Positions 20,029-27,966 of a DNA stretch of 28,488 nucleotides are shown piece after piece. The first letter of the stretch is position 1; each line of letters begins with the position of its first letter. Both the position numbers and the translations under genes were made by a program. The stretch is from Desulfurococcaceae archaeon. Its GTDB lineage: Archaea > Thermoproteota > Thermoprotei_A > Sulfolobales > Desulfurococcaceae. Under the pieces are notes generated by a model. That model saw nothing but the letters and a program-made list of their open reading frames with translations, was not told where the DNA came from and did not search any database. Where the stretch lies: positions 1 through 28,488 of the forward strand of contig JAWBBW010000019.1 of assembly GCA_038824035.1 (NCBI GenBank), given 5' to 3'.

Positions 20029-20088
20029 TTTTTAAATACATTTAACAATAGATTTAAAGTACATTTAAACATTTAAATACCATTTAGG
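20029..20088. promoter_or_regulatory. Divergent promoter with phased (C)ATTTAA repeats; candidate Pho box
   Basis: TTTAA/TTTAG units start at 20031, 20041, 20053, 20064, 20072 and 20083. TACATTTAA recurs exactly at 20037 and 20060. Confidence 0.6.
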
Positions 20089-20110
20089 TTATCATAATAC
20101 ATGTGGTAAT

Positions 20111-21139
20111 ATGCTGAAAAGGCGTGTACAGGTCATAGGGGATACATTCATAATATCTATTCCAAAGGAATGGGCCAGGCTTCATGGTTTGCAGAAACAA
20201 GACGAAGTGTTCATGGAGATACTTCCAGATCTCAGCTTATTAGTAATACCATCACCCAGGTCCATTGGGCAACACAGTGAAAACACTGTTGAACTAGAAT
20301 TAACTGGTAATATTAGGTATGATCTAATGAACATAATATCCAGGTACCTTGTTGGCTATGACGAATTCTACATAAAGATCAATCAAAGTAACCCAGATTA
20401 CCTGAAATTATTTCAAGATGAATTGACATCGAGAGTGCTTGGATTAGAAGTCGTTAGCTACGAGGATAATTTACTTGTGATCAAGAACATAGCGGGGGAT
20501 TTCAGCATAGGTATTAATGAAATAGTAGATAGATTATTTAAAATTCTCGATTCAACTCTTCAAGATTTTCTAACGGTGTTGGAAAGCAAGGTGTTTGATA
20601 AGAACAGATTAATGGAACTAGTGGAGAAGGACAGCTTAGCTGATAAATTAACGCTCTACTCCCTGAGAGTCCTGAACAAGGTATTGCTTGGCAAGCACTT
20701 GCCGAGAGAATACGGTTTCTCCTCGTTTCTAGAAGTCAACATACTATATGATATATTGAGAAACCTAGAGAGATCAATTGACCACGTCACCTATATCGCC
20801 AGAGGCTTGCTCAGATCTCCCGTTAACTTAATAGACGAGGATAGATCACATGTGGTGAGACACGTTAAGGCGTTAAGGGAGTTCGCCGACACAGTGAGAA
20901 GGCTTGTTAGTGATTTCCAATACGAGTTGGTATATAGGGCTATAGCCGCTAGGTATAATGAAATAGCCGAGATCGAGAGTAGGTATGTGGATATATTGAC
21001 TAGGAATCCACATGTATATCTGATCATAGATAACCTGAGGAGGATCAAGGCATATCTACACGATATCGTGGAGTTGATGATGGACAAGAACGCTGTGATC
21101 ACCAGAATACAAAGGACTATCACACAGCGAAGCCAGTGA
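20111..21139 (+). CDS. AbrB/MazE DNA-binding domain fused to PhoU domains (phosphate regulator)
   Basis: N-terminal RRVQVIGDTFIISIPKEWA is AbrB-like; RNLERSIDH and DNLRRIKAY are PhoU repeats. Divergent from pstS. Confidence 0.9.
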   Translation: MLKRRVQVIGDTFIISIPKEWARLHGLQKQDEVFMEILPDLSLLVIPSPRSIGQHSENTVELELTGNIRYDLMNIISRYLVGYDEFYIKINQSNPDYLKLFQDELTSRVLGLEVVSYEDNLLVIKNIAGDFSIGINEIVDRLFKILDSTLQDFLTVLESKVFDKNRLMELVEKDSLADKLTLYSLRVLNKVLLGKHLPREYGFSSFLEVNILYDILRNLERSIDHVTYIARGLLRSPVNLIDEDRSHVVRHVKALREFADTVRRLVSDFQYELVYRAIAARYNEIAEIESRYVDILTRNPHVYLIIDNLRRIKAYLHDIVELMMDKNAVITRIQRTITQRSQ

Positions 21140-21281
21140 CAAAGGCAGGTTTCAGTACACGATGTCGTTGGACACGTAGCCGCGGTACTTGGTAATACAT
21201 GTCCACTTGTTTTTAATTCAATCACGTCGACAGGATATTAAGGGGCTGGGTTTGAGCGATGACCTATATAGTGGCGTAAAC

Positions 21282-22109
21282 ATGTTTAGAAATAAGTTAA
21301 CGCTACTAAAGCACTTAGATAGTGTCATCGATTTCTCGAGAGCGACTAGCCAACTAGAGTTAATACTATATCTCTATAGTACTAGGAAATCACTCAGCGT
21401 AGATGAATTGGCAACCATGCTTGGTTATTCCAAGAAAGCTGTGTTAGATTCACTGAGAAAACTGGAGAAAAAGGGATTGATAATCAAGGAGAAACAGCTA
21501 GATGAGCTAACGATATCGCTGAGTGATAAAGGAATAGACTTCGTGTCAAGGATGATCGAGCTTTTGAGACCTACATCGATCCCCGGTGAGACCTCATTAC
21601 CTGTGCCTGTCAGGTTAAACCTCGCGAAGGAGATTGTTAGAAGTATAAACTTGTATAGGATCATAGTGTACATGGGGCTCGTTGAGCCGGATAGATCCAT
21701 TCCAGTGAGAAATATCGCGAAGATCCTTGATATAGGCAAGGACGATCTCTACGTGTTATTGAACTCCTTTACACAGACACCCATGAGGTTATTTAAACTC
21801 GTTAAAGCAAATGGCGAGGATGCTTTGTTGATGGATAAGCAGGGGATGGAATTACTTAGGAAGACAATCCATTACAGGGTATATGTCACCAATAAGTTAT
21901 ATAGATATTTGGTTAAATTGACAAATACGCCATGGATCACCGAGATGGCTTTGAAGATAAACACAGGGGCGGCGATAATCATAGCCGGGATTGCGACGTT
22001 TCTAGGATTGATCAGGGTGTCGGCCCTTATCATGGCGTTGGTGATAATCGCGTTGATATCTCCATTAGTGTTGTTAAACATATATCTATATCGTCACAGG
22101 CTATTCTAA
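21282..22109 (+). CDS. arnR: ArnR-like membrane-anchored winged-HTH archaellum regulator; likely start ATG 21282
   Basis: N-terminal wHTH (LSVDELATMLGYSKKAVLDSLRKLEKKGLI), two C-terminal TM helices and adjacency to the archaellum cluster match the Sulfolobus ArnR architecture. Confidence 0.75.
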   Translation: MFRNKLTLLKHLDSVIDFSRATSQLELILYLYSTRKSLSVDELATMLGYSKKAVLDSLRKLEKKGLIIKEKQLDELTISLSDKGIDFVSRMIELLRPTSIPGETSLPVPVRLNLAKEIVRSINLYRIIVYMGLVEPDRSIPVRNIAKILDIGKDDLYVLLNSFTQTPMRLFKLVKANGEDALLMDKQGMELLRKTIHYRVYVTNKLYRYLVKLTNTPWITEMALKINTGAAIIIAGIATFLGLIRVSALIMALVIIALISPLVLLNIYLYRHRLF

Positions 22110-22466
22110 CTCCCTCATTCCGAGCTTTCCCAGCAACTCTATCAATCTCTCGCCCACTTCTTCAGCGTTCACTCTCTTATCCATAGCCAACAATATAAAT
22201 CTCTCACCGAGTAGTAACACCATGTACTTATACTTGAAAAGTTCTCCGTTTATAACCATGTATGTTAAGGGCTTATTTGGCGCATAAAGCCTGTTCGCTA
22301 TGTATTCAACTTCGTCATCTAATTCTGGCGGCCAGTGGCCAATTATCCCATCTCTAAACCCAGCTAACACGACTTGTTTCACTAATAGGTCATCTACTAA
22401 TAGTGAGAGCTCCTCTATGGGCGTCAACGCGTGATCATCAGTGTTCGCAGAGTTCTCTATAATCAT
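22101..22466 (-). CDS. Small protein with predicted Roadblock/LC7/MglB (profilin-like) fold
   Basis: 121 aa. Pattern read by eye: helix, VKQVVLAG, GIIGHW, helix, LTYMVING, YKYMVLLL, RFILLAMD, helix. GGTG RBS and a TTTAAA box upstream. The fold assignment is inference. Confidence 0.6.
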   Translation of the reverse strand: MIIENSANTDDHALTPIEELSLLVDDLLVKQVVLAGFRDGIIGHWPPELDDEVEYIANRLYAPNKPLTYMVINGELFKYKYMVLLLGERFILLAMDKRVNAEEVGERLIELLGKLGMRELE

Positions 22467-22548
22467 TTCTTCAACACCATTATAGAATACTGACTAATAG
22501 ACTTTAAAACCAGGGAAACCGGCCTAGAGCATTTCCGCCAGTTATTCG

Positions 22549-22620
22549 TCGACCCGCCGACACTCATTTGGAAACACAGAGAAGGCGGCACGTCGAAAGC
22601 TATGGAAGGTTTTTTAAAAA
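22549..22620 (+). promoter_or_regulatory. arlB promoter: imperfect inverted repeat followed by BRE/TATA
   Basis: TCGAC-CCGCC (22549-22558) pairs with GGCGG-CAC-GTCGA (22584-22596). GGAAGG-TTTTTTAAAAA follows at 22604-22620. Confidence 0.6.
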
Positions 22621-22652
22621 CGATGAGGAAAAACCCCTTGGAGTGGAGAAGG

Positions 22653-23312
22653 GTGAGAAGGAGAATGGCCAGGATGAAAGGCATAGTTGGCATAGAGGCC
22701 GCCATAGTGTTGATAGCCTTTGTGATTGTGGCAGCGGCGTTGGCGTTCGTAGTGTTAAACATGGGTATGTTCACAACACAGAAAAGCAAGGAAGTGATGA
22801 GCCAGGCATTAAACGAGGCGAGTAGTGCACTCGAGGTAGATGGATCAGTATTCGCGTATGTCGATGAATCGAATGGAAAGGTCGTGGCGATATATATACC
22901 GTTGAAGATATCTCCTGGTCAACAAGCAGTGGATTTGTCAGCCGATAAGGTCGACGTCGTGATCAGGCTTCCTGGTGGAACCTTTGGAAAAATAAATGAA
23001 AAAGACCCAGTTTCCGCTACTAGACCGGTGAACTATATTGAACTCTATGAGAACACCATGCCAACTGATGACAAGCCTGTTAATGCAGCTTTCTTCTTCG
23101 TGCAATCACTACAGAATGAAGGAGTGCCATCATTCAAAGTATTAGAACTCGGAGAAAAAGTAGTATTAGTGATAGCCCTATCTAATGAACTAGCACTTAC
23201 TCCATACCAGAGATTCGTAGTTGAGATAAGGCCTCTTGCCGGCGCTCCATTGACAATTGAGAGGATTATTCCGCCAACACTACCCGTTGGCGAGATTGTT
23301 AACTTAATTTAG
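22653..23312 (+). CDS. arlB: Archaellin; start GTG 22653 or ATG 22665
   Basis: Class III signal peptide RMKG/IVGIEAAIVLIAFVIVAAALAFVVLNMG, plus LELGEK and C-terminal VEIRP..GAPLTIER. The ORF-track start at 22602 lies upstream of the TATA box. Confidence 0.96.
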   Translation: MRRRMARMKGIVGIEAAIVLIAFVIVAAALAFVVLNMGMFTTQKSKEVMSQALNEASSALEVDGSVFAYVDESNGKVVAIYIPLKISPGQQAVDLSADKVDVVIRLPGGTFGKINEKDPVSATRPVNYIELYENTMPTDDKPVNAAFFFVQSLQNEGVPSFKVLELGEKVVLVIALSNELALTPYQRFVVEIRPLAGAPLTIERIIPPTLPVGEIVNLI

Positions 23313-23315
23313 TCC

Positions 23316-23322
23316 TTTTTTT
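23316..23322 (+). terminator. Oligo-T terminator after arlB
   Basis: T7 run 3 nt after the stop codon, followed by a pyrimidine-rich tract. Confidence 0.55.
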
Positions 23323-23357
23323 AACCTATATCTTCCCCTTTACCCATAATACCCCTC

Positions 23358-23651
23358 GTGGTGGGGTGGATGTGGGCTGGTGTTTGCGTTAAGGGATTGG
23401 TTAAGGGTCTTTTGATTACCGGGATAACGGGTTTTATGCTTGCTGGTGTATGTATTTACCTCTACCTAGTGCTTATCAATATAACTCTTGATTTCGAGTT
23501 ATTCAATTACCTTATTGTGAATATTTCTGCTGGGTTTCTCGTGGTTTATTTATTATCTCGTTTCTTACATGTTGGCGTGGACTCTTTTCTACTATTAACG
23601 GGTATTAAAGGAAGACGCGTAGTTAAGGGGTTGGGGATATGTGTCGAGTAA
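23358..23651 (+). CDS. Possible small two-TM membrane protein (uncertain)
   Basis: 97-aa ORF with two hydrophobic segments fills an otherwise empty ~450 bp gap. The DNA is G/T-skewed, so the ORF may be spurious. Confidence 0.35.
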   Translation: MVGWMWAGVCVKGLVKGLLITGITGFMLAGVCIYLYLVLINITLDFELFNYLIVNISAGFLVVYLLSRFLHVGVDSFLLLTGIKGRRVVKGLGICVE

Positions 23652-23769
23652 GGATATACTTAGAGATCTATGGGGTTGTGATTGCTGGTTTTGCAGGCTC
23701 TTTGTACTCAGATTATTGCGAATCATCGTTAGGTTTGAACCCAGAGGTGTTTACCAGGGTGGCGTAGCC

Positions 23770-24504
23770 GTGTCTCAGGGCGAGGTCGACTTGGTTAAGG
23801 AGTTAAAGGAATTGAAGACAACAGTGGAGGATTTGAAAAGGGCAATAGTGGAGATCAAAGCCACTTTAGCCGATCTCACGGGGCCTTTCAGTGCATATAG
23901 GCCATTGGAAGAGACGGAGAAACGGGTTATAACAACACAGGCCATTACAGCTCAGCCTGCGAGAGCTCCAATACAATCGGAAAAACCCAGTGAAGCAGTA
24001 GAGGCCGGGCCTGTGCACCCTTCTGAGAAACCCGAGGTATCGGAGGGAAAGGAGTTAGCCCGGGTTTTGACTGGTATTAGCGAGGTTTTACAGAAAGAGA
24101 GGGCTAGGATCACGAGGGCCGGTCTTGAAAAGGTGTTGAATACTATGAGGACTCTCTACGAGCTGAGGAGACTGTATCCAAAAACAAGTATCGAGACAAT
24201 TGTAAAGATGTTCGAAGAGATGAAATTATTGACGAGTGAAGAGGTGGGCTTGTTAAGGGCAGCCATGAACCTAGTAGAGGAATCTCTCAAAGAGAATATC
24301 TCCCACGAGGAGAACGTGTTAATGATGTTCATGTTGTTGAGACAACTCGGTGTAAGGTCAGAGGAGCTTGAAGAAGAGGCGTTAAAAACCATACTAGATG
24401 TGCTTGCACTCAAAAGGAGGAAACAAGGTGGTGAAACATCAACCATTGGCACGAATAGCAATGGTGAAGAGGGTAAGAACGAATGGGTGAATCAACCACA
24501 ATAA
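23770..24504 (+). CDS. Archaellum accessory protein in the ArlX position (ArlC-like coiled coil plus ArlD/E-like domain); likely start GTG 23770
   Basis: GGGTGG RBS. Coiled coil ending LADLTGPF, a Pro/Glu linker and a helical C-terminal domain. Lies between arlB and arlG. Confidence 0.7.
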   Translation: MSQGEVDLVKELKELKTTVEDLKRAIVEIKATLADLTGPFSAYRPLEETEKRVITTQAITAQPARAPIQSEKPSEAVEAGPVHPSEKPEVSEGKELARVLTGISEVLQKERARITRAGLEKVLNTMRTLYELRRLYPKTSIETIVKMFEEMKLLTSEEVGLLRAAMNLVEESLKENISHEENVLMMFMLLRQLGVRSEELEEEALKTILDVLALKRRKQGGETSTIGTNSNGEEGKNEWVNQPQ

Positions 24505-24947
24505 CACATGCATTGTTAACAATAGTAGCGGTGATCTTGGCTTCCCTATTCGCGGTAGCTGTAATGGGCCAGTTGAACTCACTTGTGAACTCAATAAGCG
24601 TGGCTATAAAGAACAGGTCAGATACCTTTAGATTAAGCGTGAACATTATATACGCATATTATAACGGGACACATGTAGTGATCTATGTTAAGAACACAGG
24701 GGACTTGCCATATAGTAAACTAGACGGCATAGACATATTCATAAAGGATTACAATGGCAAAGTAGACCACTACATGACGGGCACCAGTGATGTGGAAATC
24801 GTGGAGTACGGGGTCAGGAACAATGTATTAGAGCCCTCTGAGACAATTGGATTAGTAATAAATACCAATGGTAGGCAATACATATTGCCAATTGAGATCA
24901 GGTTGATACTTGTCAATGGTTATTCCACTACATATATAGTGAGCTAG
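24483..24947 (+). CDS. arlG: Archaellum protein ArlG (FlaG)
   Basis: N-terminal TM (TITHALLTIVAVILASLFA), IYVKNTG, IDIFI and LEPSET; gene order. Confidence 0.85.
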   Translation: MGESTTITHALLTIVAVILASLFAVAVMGQLNSLVNSISVAIKNRSDTFRLSVNIIYAYYNGTHVVIYVKNTGDLPYSKLDGIDIFIKDYNGKVDHYMTGTSDVEIVEYGVRNNVLEPSETIGLVINTNGRQYILPIEIRLILVNGYSTTYIVS

Positions 24948-24957
24948 GTGTATAGAC

Positions 24958-25506
24958 ATGCCATCAGAGGTATTACTGCCCGGTGTAGCGGTCACTCTAA
25001 CTCTCATGTTCATAGCATCAATGCTCATAGGGATGCTCATATATTCCACCACGTTGTTATTTACCTCGATAAGGAACAATGCTGACACCATCCTGAGATC
25101 TAGGCTTAACAGGGTCTTGATAACAAACGCTGAGTTAACAATAACTGGTATTGACGAGAACATAGGTGTATATAGAGTTGATATCGTGATCTATGTTCAC
25201 AACGATGGCTTAGAGCCGATATATGATATGGATAAATGCGATCTAATGATCCAATATTACAAAGTGGATGGTGGTGTAGAGGTTGTCCGATTAATATATG
25301 GAGATAACTGGTATGTCGACAAGATCTTTCTCACAGATAGCTATGCCGTGTCATTCAATTCGAAGAACTCCATAGGCCCTGGTGAAACAGGGGTGATTAA
25401 TGGGTATTTTATCGTGGAAAACATAGATGTTAGTAGGCCAGTGAGGGTGTTGTTTGCTTCACACTATGGATACACAACGTCGAGGTGGGTTTCTCTTGGT
25501 CCTTGA
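24958..25506 (+). CDS. arlF: Archaellum protein ArlF (FlaF)
   Basis: N-terminal TM, VHNDG, IGPGET and a terminal beta-hairpin with YG; located between arlG and arlH. Confidence 0.8.
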   Translation: MPSEVLLPGVAVTLTLMFIASMLIGMLIYSTTLLFTSIRNNADTILRSRLNRVLITNAELTITGIDENIGVYRVDIVIYVHNDGLEPIYDMDKCDLMIQYYKVDGGVEVVRLIYGDNWYVDKIFLTDSYAVSFNSKNSIGPGETGVINGYFIVENIDVSRPVRVLFASHYGYTTSRWVSLGP

Positions 25507-26209
25507 GACAAGGGTGATCACAACTGGTAACAGCGAGCTCGATATAAAGCTAGCTGGCGGTATACCTGTCCCCTCTCTCATAGTAGTTGAGGGGGAACAT
25601 GGTTCTGGTAAAACTGTTTTAATCCAACAATTTATACACGGGGCCCTTCTCTCAGGGCTGAGAACCACGGTTATAACAACGGAGGCCACTACGATAGGTT
25701 ATGTCAGGCAAATGATTGGTGTGGGTTTTGACGTGCTCAATCACTATCTCAATGGCTCATTAATTGTCTACTCATCCAGGATACCCCGTATAAAGTGGGT
25801 TGAATCCACGGGGAGAACTCTGCTCGAGCTGGTTCAGAACCATATAATTAGAAGCGTTAACAAATACGATGTATATGTTATAGACTCCTTTACAACACTT
25901 ATCAAGGGCGCCAGTGCCGAGAACGTGTCTAACTTCCTAACAATAGTTAAAAAGCTAGTAGACAGGGGTAAGACCTTCATACTGAGTATTCACCCGGAAG
26001 GCCTGGATAAAGAGACCTACTTGTTCTTAAAAGCGATAGCAGATGGATACATGGAACTGAGGAATGTGGAGATGGGTGGTAGGTTGATGAAGGCCCTGAA
26101 CATTATAAAGCTGAAAGGCGCTCCAACAGCCTATAACACCACAATAACGTTCGAGGTAGATCCGGCTTTCGGCATAAAACTCGTTCCAATGGCCTTGGCG
26201 AAAGTATAA
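25496..26209 (+). CDS. arlH: Archaellum KaiC/RecA-like protein ArlH; likely start TTG 25496
   Basis: TGNSELDIKLAGGIP, Walker A GEHGSGKT, VIDS and FEVDPAFGIKLVP. GAGGTGG RBS. Confidence 0.93.
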   Translation: MVLETRVITTGNSELDIKLAGGIPVPSLIVVEGEHGSGKTVLIQQFIHGALLSGLRTTVITTEATTIGYVRQMIGVGFDVLNHYLNGSLIVYSSRIPRIKWVESTGRTLLELVQNHIIRSVNKYDVYVIDSFTTLIKGASAENVSNFLTIVKKLVDRGKTFILSIHPEGLDKETYLFLKAIADGYMELRNVEMGGRLMKALNIIKLKGAPTAYNTTITFEVDPAFGIKLVPMALAKV

Positions 26210-26221
26210 TGGGCGTTCACC

Positions 26222-27931
26222 ATGCCCAGTTTACCCCGGATTGAAATAAGGAGGTTATTTAGACAACGCAAGGCAAGGGATATAAAAGAGCCGAATTTCG
26301 GCGATAAACCGGAATACCTGGTCAAATACATGGAGGACTTTAAGGGGAAATACGGAGATGAGCCAATCATCGTGGACAAGCCTACTGGCGATATGAAGAC
26401 ATGGAGGAAATATAATGTATTATACCCTGTCGGTGGCGGTGTTTTCATACATGTGACCAATGTTGAGCGTGGAACACAGGGTTATGCGAAATACAATGTC
26501 ATCGAGCCGCCCAGGCCCCCTTCACGTTTGCTGAGCCTTATAGAAGAGGCCTTGGCGTATAAGATAAGGCCCGAACACGCCGTGGAATCGGCCGAGGAGC
26601 AAAAGAGAATACTTCTAGAACTCCTCGATGACATACTGGATCCAAGTGACAAGCCAGTTGAATACAATGAGGTGAGGCCTCGTAATTCCAAGATAAAGGT
26701 TTACATCGGCGATGTTGATTACATTAAATACCACTTGATAAGAGATAAAATAGGGCTAGGTATATTGGAGCCGTTCATAAGGGATCCATACCTCGAGGAT
26801 GTGTCTAGTAAAGGAGTTGGGAACATATACGTCGTTCACAAGATCTTTGGATCGCTTGAAAGCAATGTAGGTTTCTCGAGTGAGGAGGAGCTGGATCTCT
26901 TCGTGATCAAGCTTGGCGAAAAAATAGGCAAACCTATATCAAGAGCTAGGCCAATTGTGGATGCTACATTGCCTGATGGGAGTAGGATAAACATAGTATA
27001 TGGGAGAGATGTGAGCCTTCATGGGAGTAATTTCACTATAAGGAGAGTAGCCAAGGTCCCGATAAGCGTGACACAGTTGATCAAATGGAGCACGTTCAAC
27101 GAATACGTGGCAGCATACATGTGGATCATGCTTAGTGAGGGTATGAGTGCCTTTATATGTGGAGAAACGGCAAGTGGTAAGACAACGGCCTTAAACGCGC
27201 TCGCAGTGTTTATCAGGCCTAATTACAAGATAGTCACCATAGAGGACACAGCAGAGGTCGTATTGCCACATCCAAACTGGGTCAGAGAATTAACTAGGGA
27301 TACAGGTAAAGCTGAAAGCAGTGTTACCATGTTCGATCTACTACGGGCAGCACTTAGGCAAAGGCCTAACTATATAATAGTAGGCGAGATCAGGGGTGTA
27401 GAGGGCAATATAGCGTTTCAAGCCATGCAGACTGGTCACCCGGTTTTATCAACATTTCACGCCGCTAATCTCGAGAGGCTTTTACAGAGACTCACAAACC
27501 CACCTATCAGCGTGCCTAAAACTAATCTAGATAACTTGAATATAGCATGGTTTCAGTCCTCCGTATATGATAAAAAGGGCCTGTTAACTCGTAGAATGAT
27601 CTCGATTTATGAAATAATAGGGTATGACCCCAGGACAGATTCGATAGCGGCAATACCAGTTTTCATATGGGACCCGGTGTCAGATGTGCACAGGTTCTCA
27701 GGTCGAGGAGCTAGTTATCTGCTTGAGGAGAAAATAGCCACTATGCGCGGTATCTCGCGCAAAGACATAAACTTGATCTACGAGGAGCTTGAGCTGAGGG
27801 CTAAGTACATTAGATTACTCGTTGAAAGGAATATATTGGATTATTTCGACGTGTACAAAGCTATTGTCAGGACATATGACTTAGGCCTCGAGGAAGCGTA
27901 TAGAAGACTCTTAAAAGGTGAATTACCATAA
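26222..27931 (+). CDS. arlI: Archaellum motor ATPase ArlI
   Basis: DATLPDGSRIN, GETASGKTT, TIEDTAE, ALRQRPNYIIVGEIRG and AMQTGH. Confidence 0.96.
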   Translation: MPSLPRIEIRRLFRQRKARDIKEPNFGDKPEYLVKYMEDFKGKYGDEPIIVDKPTGDMKTWRKYNVLYPVGGGVFIHVTNVERGTQGYAKYNVIEPPRPPSRLLSLIEEALAYKIRPEHAVESAEEQKRILLELLDDILDPSDKPVEYNEVRPRNSKIKVYIGDVDYIKYHLIRDKIGLGILEPFIRDPYLEDVSSKGVGNIYVVHKIFGSLESNVGFSSEEELDLFVIKLGEKIGKPISRARPIVDATLPDGSRINIVYGRDVSLHGSNFTIRRVAKVPISVTQLIKWSTFNEYVAAYMWIMLSEGMSAFICGETASGKTTALNALAVFIRPNYKIVTIEDTAEVVLPHPNWVRELTRDTGKAESSVTMFDLLRAALRQRPNYIIVGEIRGVEGNIAFQAMQTGHPVLSTFHAANLERLLQRLTNPPISVPKTNLDNLNIAWFQSSVYDKKGLLTRRMISIYEIIGYDPRTDSIAAIPVFIWDPVSDVHRFSGRGASYLLEEKIATMRGISRKDINLIYEELELRAKYIRLLVERNILDYFDVYKAIVRTYDLGLEEAYRRLLKGELP

Positions 27932-27966
27932 GTTTTGGAAGACTACGTGGATATATTGCCAATGTG

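Noticed and set aside
20029-20088. Short repeats as a CRISPR array or replication origin
   Set aside because: Units are only about 7 bp with no spacers, and no ORB-like G-string or cdc6 gene is nearby. No CRISPR array, tRNA or rRNA was recognised anywhere in the window.
21189-21281. Longer ORF-track start for arnR (similarly pstS 20041, arlB 22602, arlH 25454)
   Set aside because: These extensions run through TATA/operator elements or upstream genes, and downstream starts have better RBS or promoter context.
22101-22466. True profilin (eukaryote/Asgard-like), suggested by the 'KYMVL' motif
   Set aside because: Only one strand follows the KYMVL strand before the terminal helix, which fits Roadblock/MglB topology rather than profilin.
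22463-22825. ORFs 22463-22789 (-) and 22568-22825 (+)
   Set aside because: Antisense or alternative-frame shadows of arlB and its promoter.
23641-23769. Cys-rich N-terminal extension (WGCDCWFC) of the ArlX-slot ORF as a metal-binding motif
   Set aside because: A good RBS precedes GTG 23770 and the extension is not protein-like. It is probably untranslated, although this is not excluded.
2834-26691. Numerous 60-180 aa ORFs antisense to identified genes (for example 10713-11231, 15833-16369, 17571-17972, 19086-19496, 20791-21225)
   Set aside because: They lie wholly or largely opposite well-supported genes and have the Ser/Ile/Thr-rich composition typical of shadow frames.
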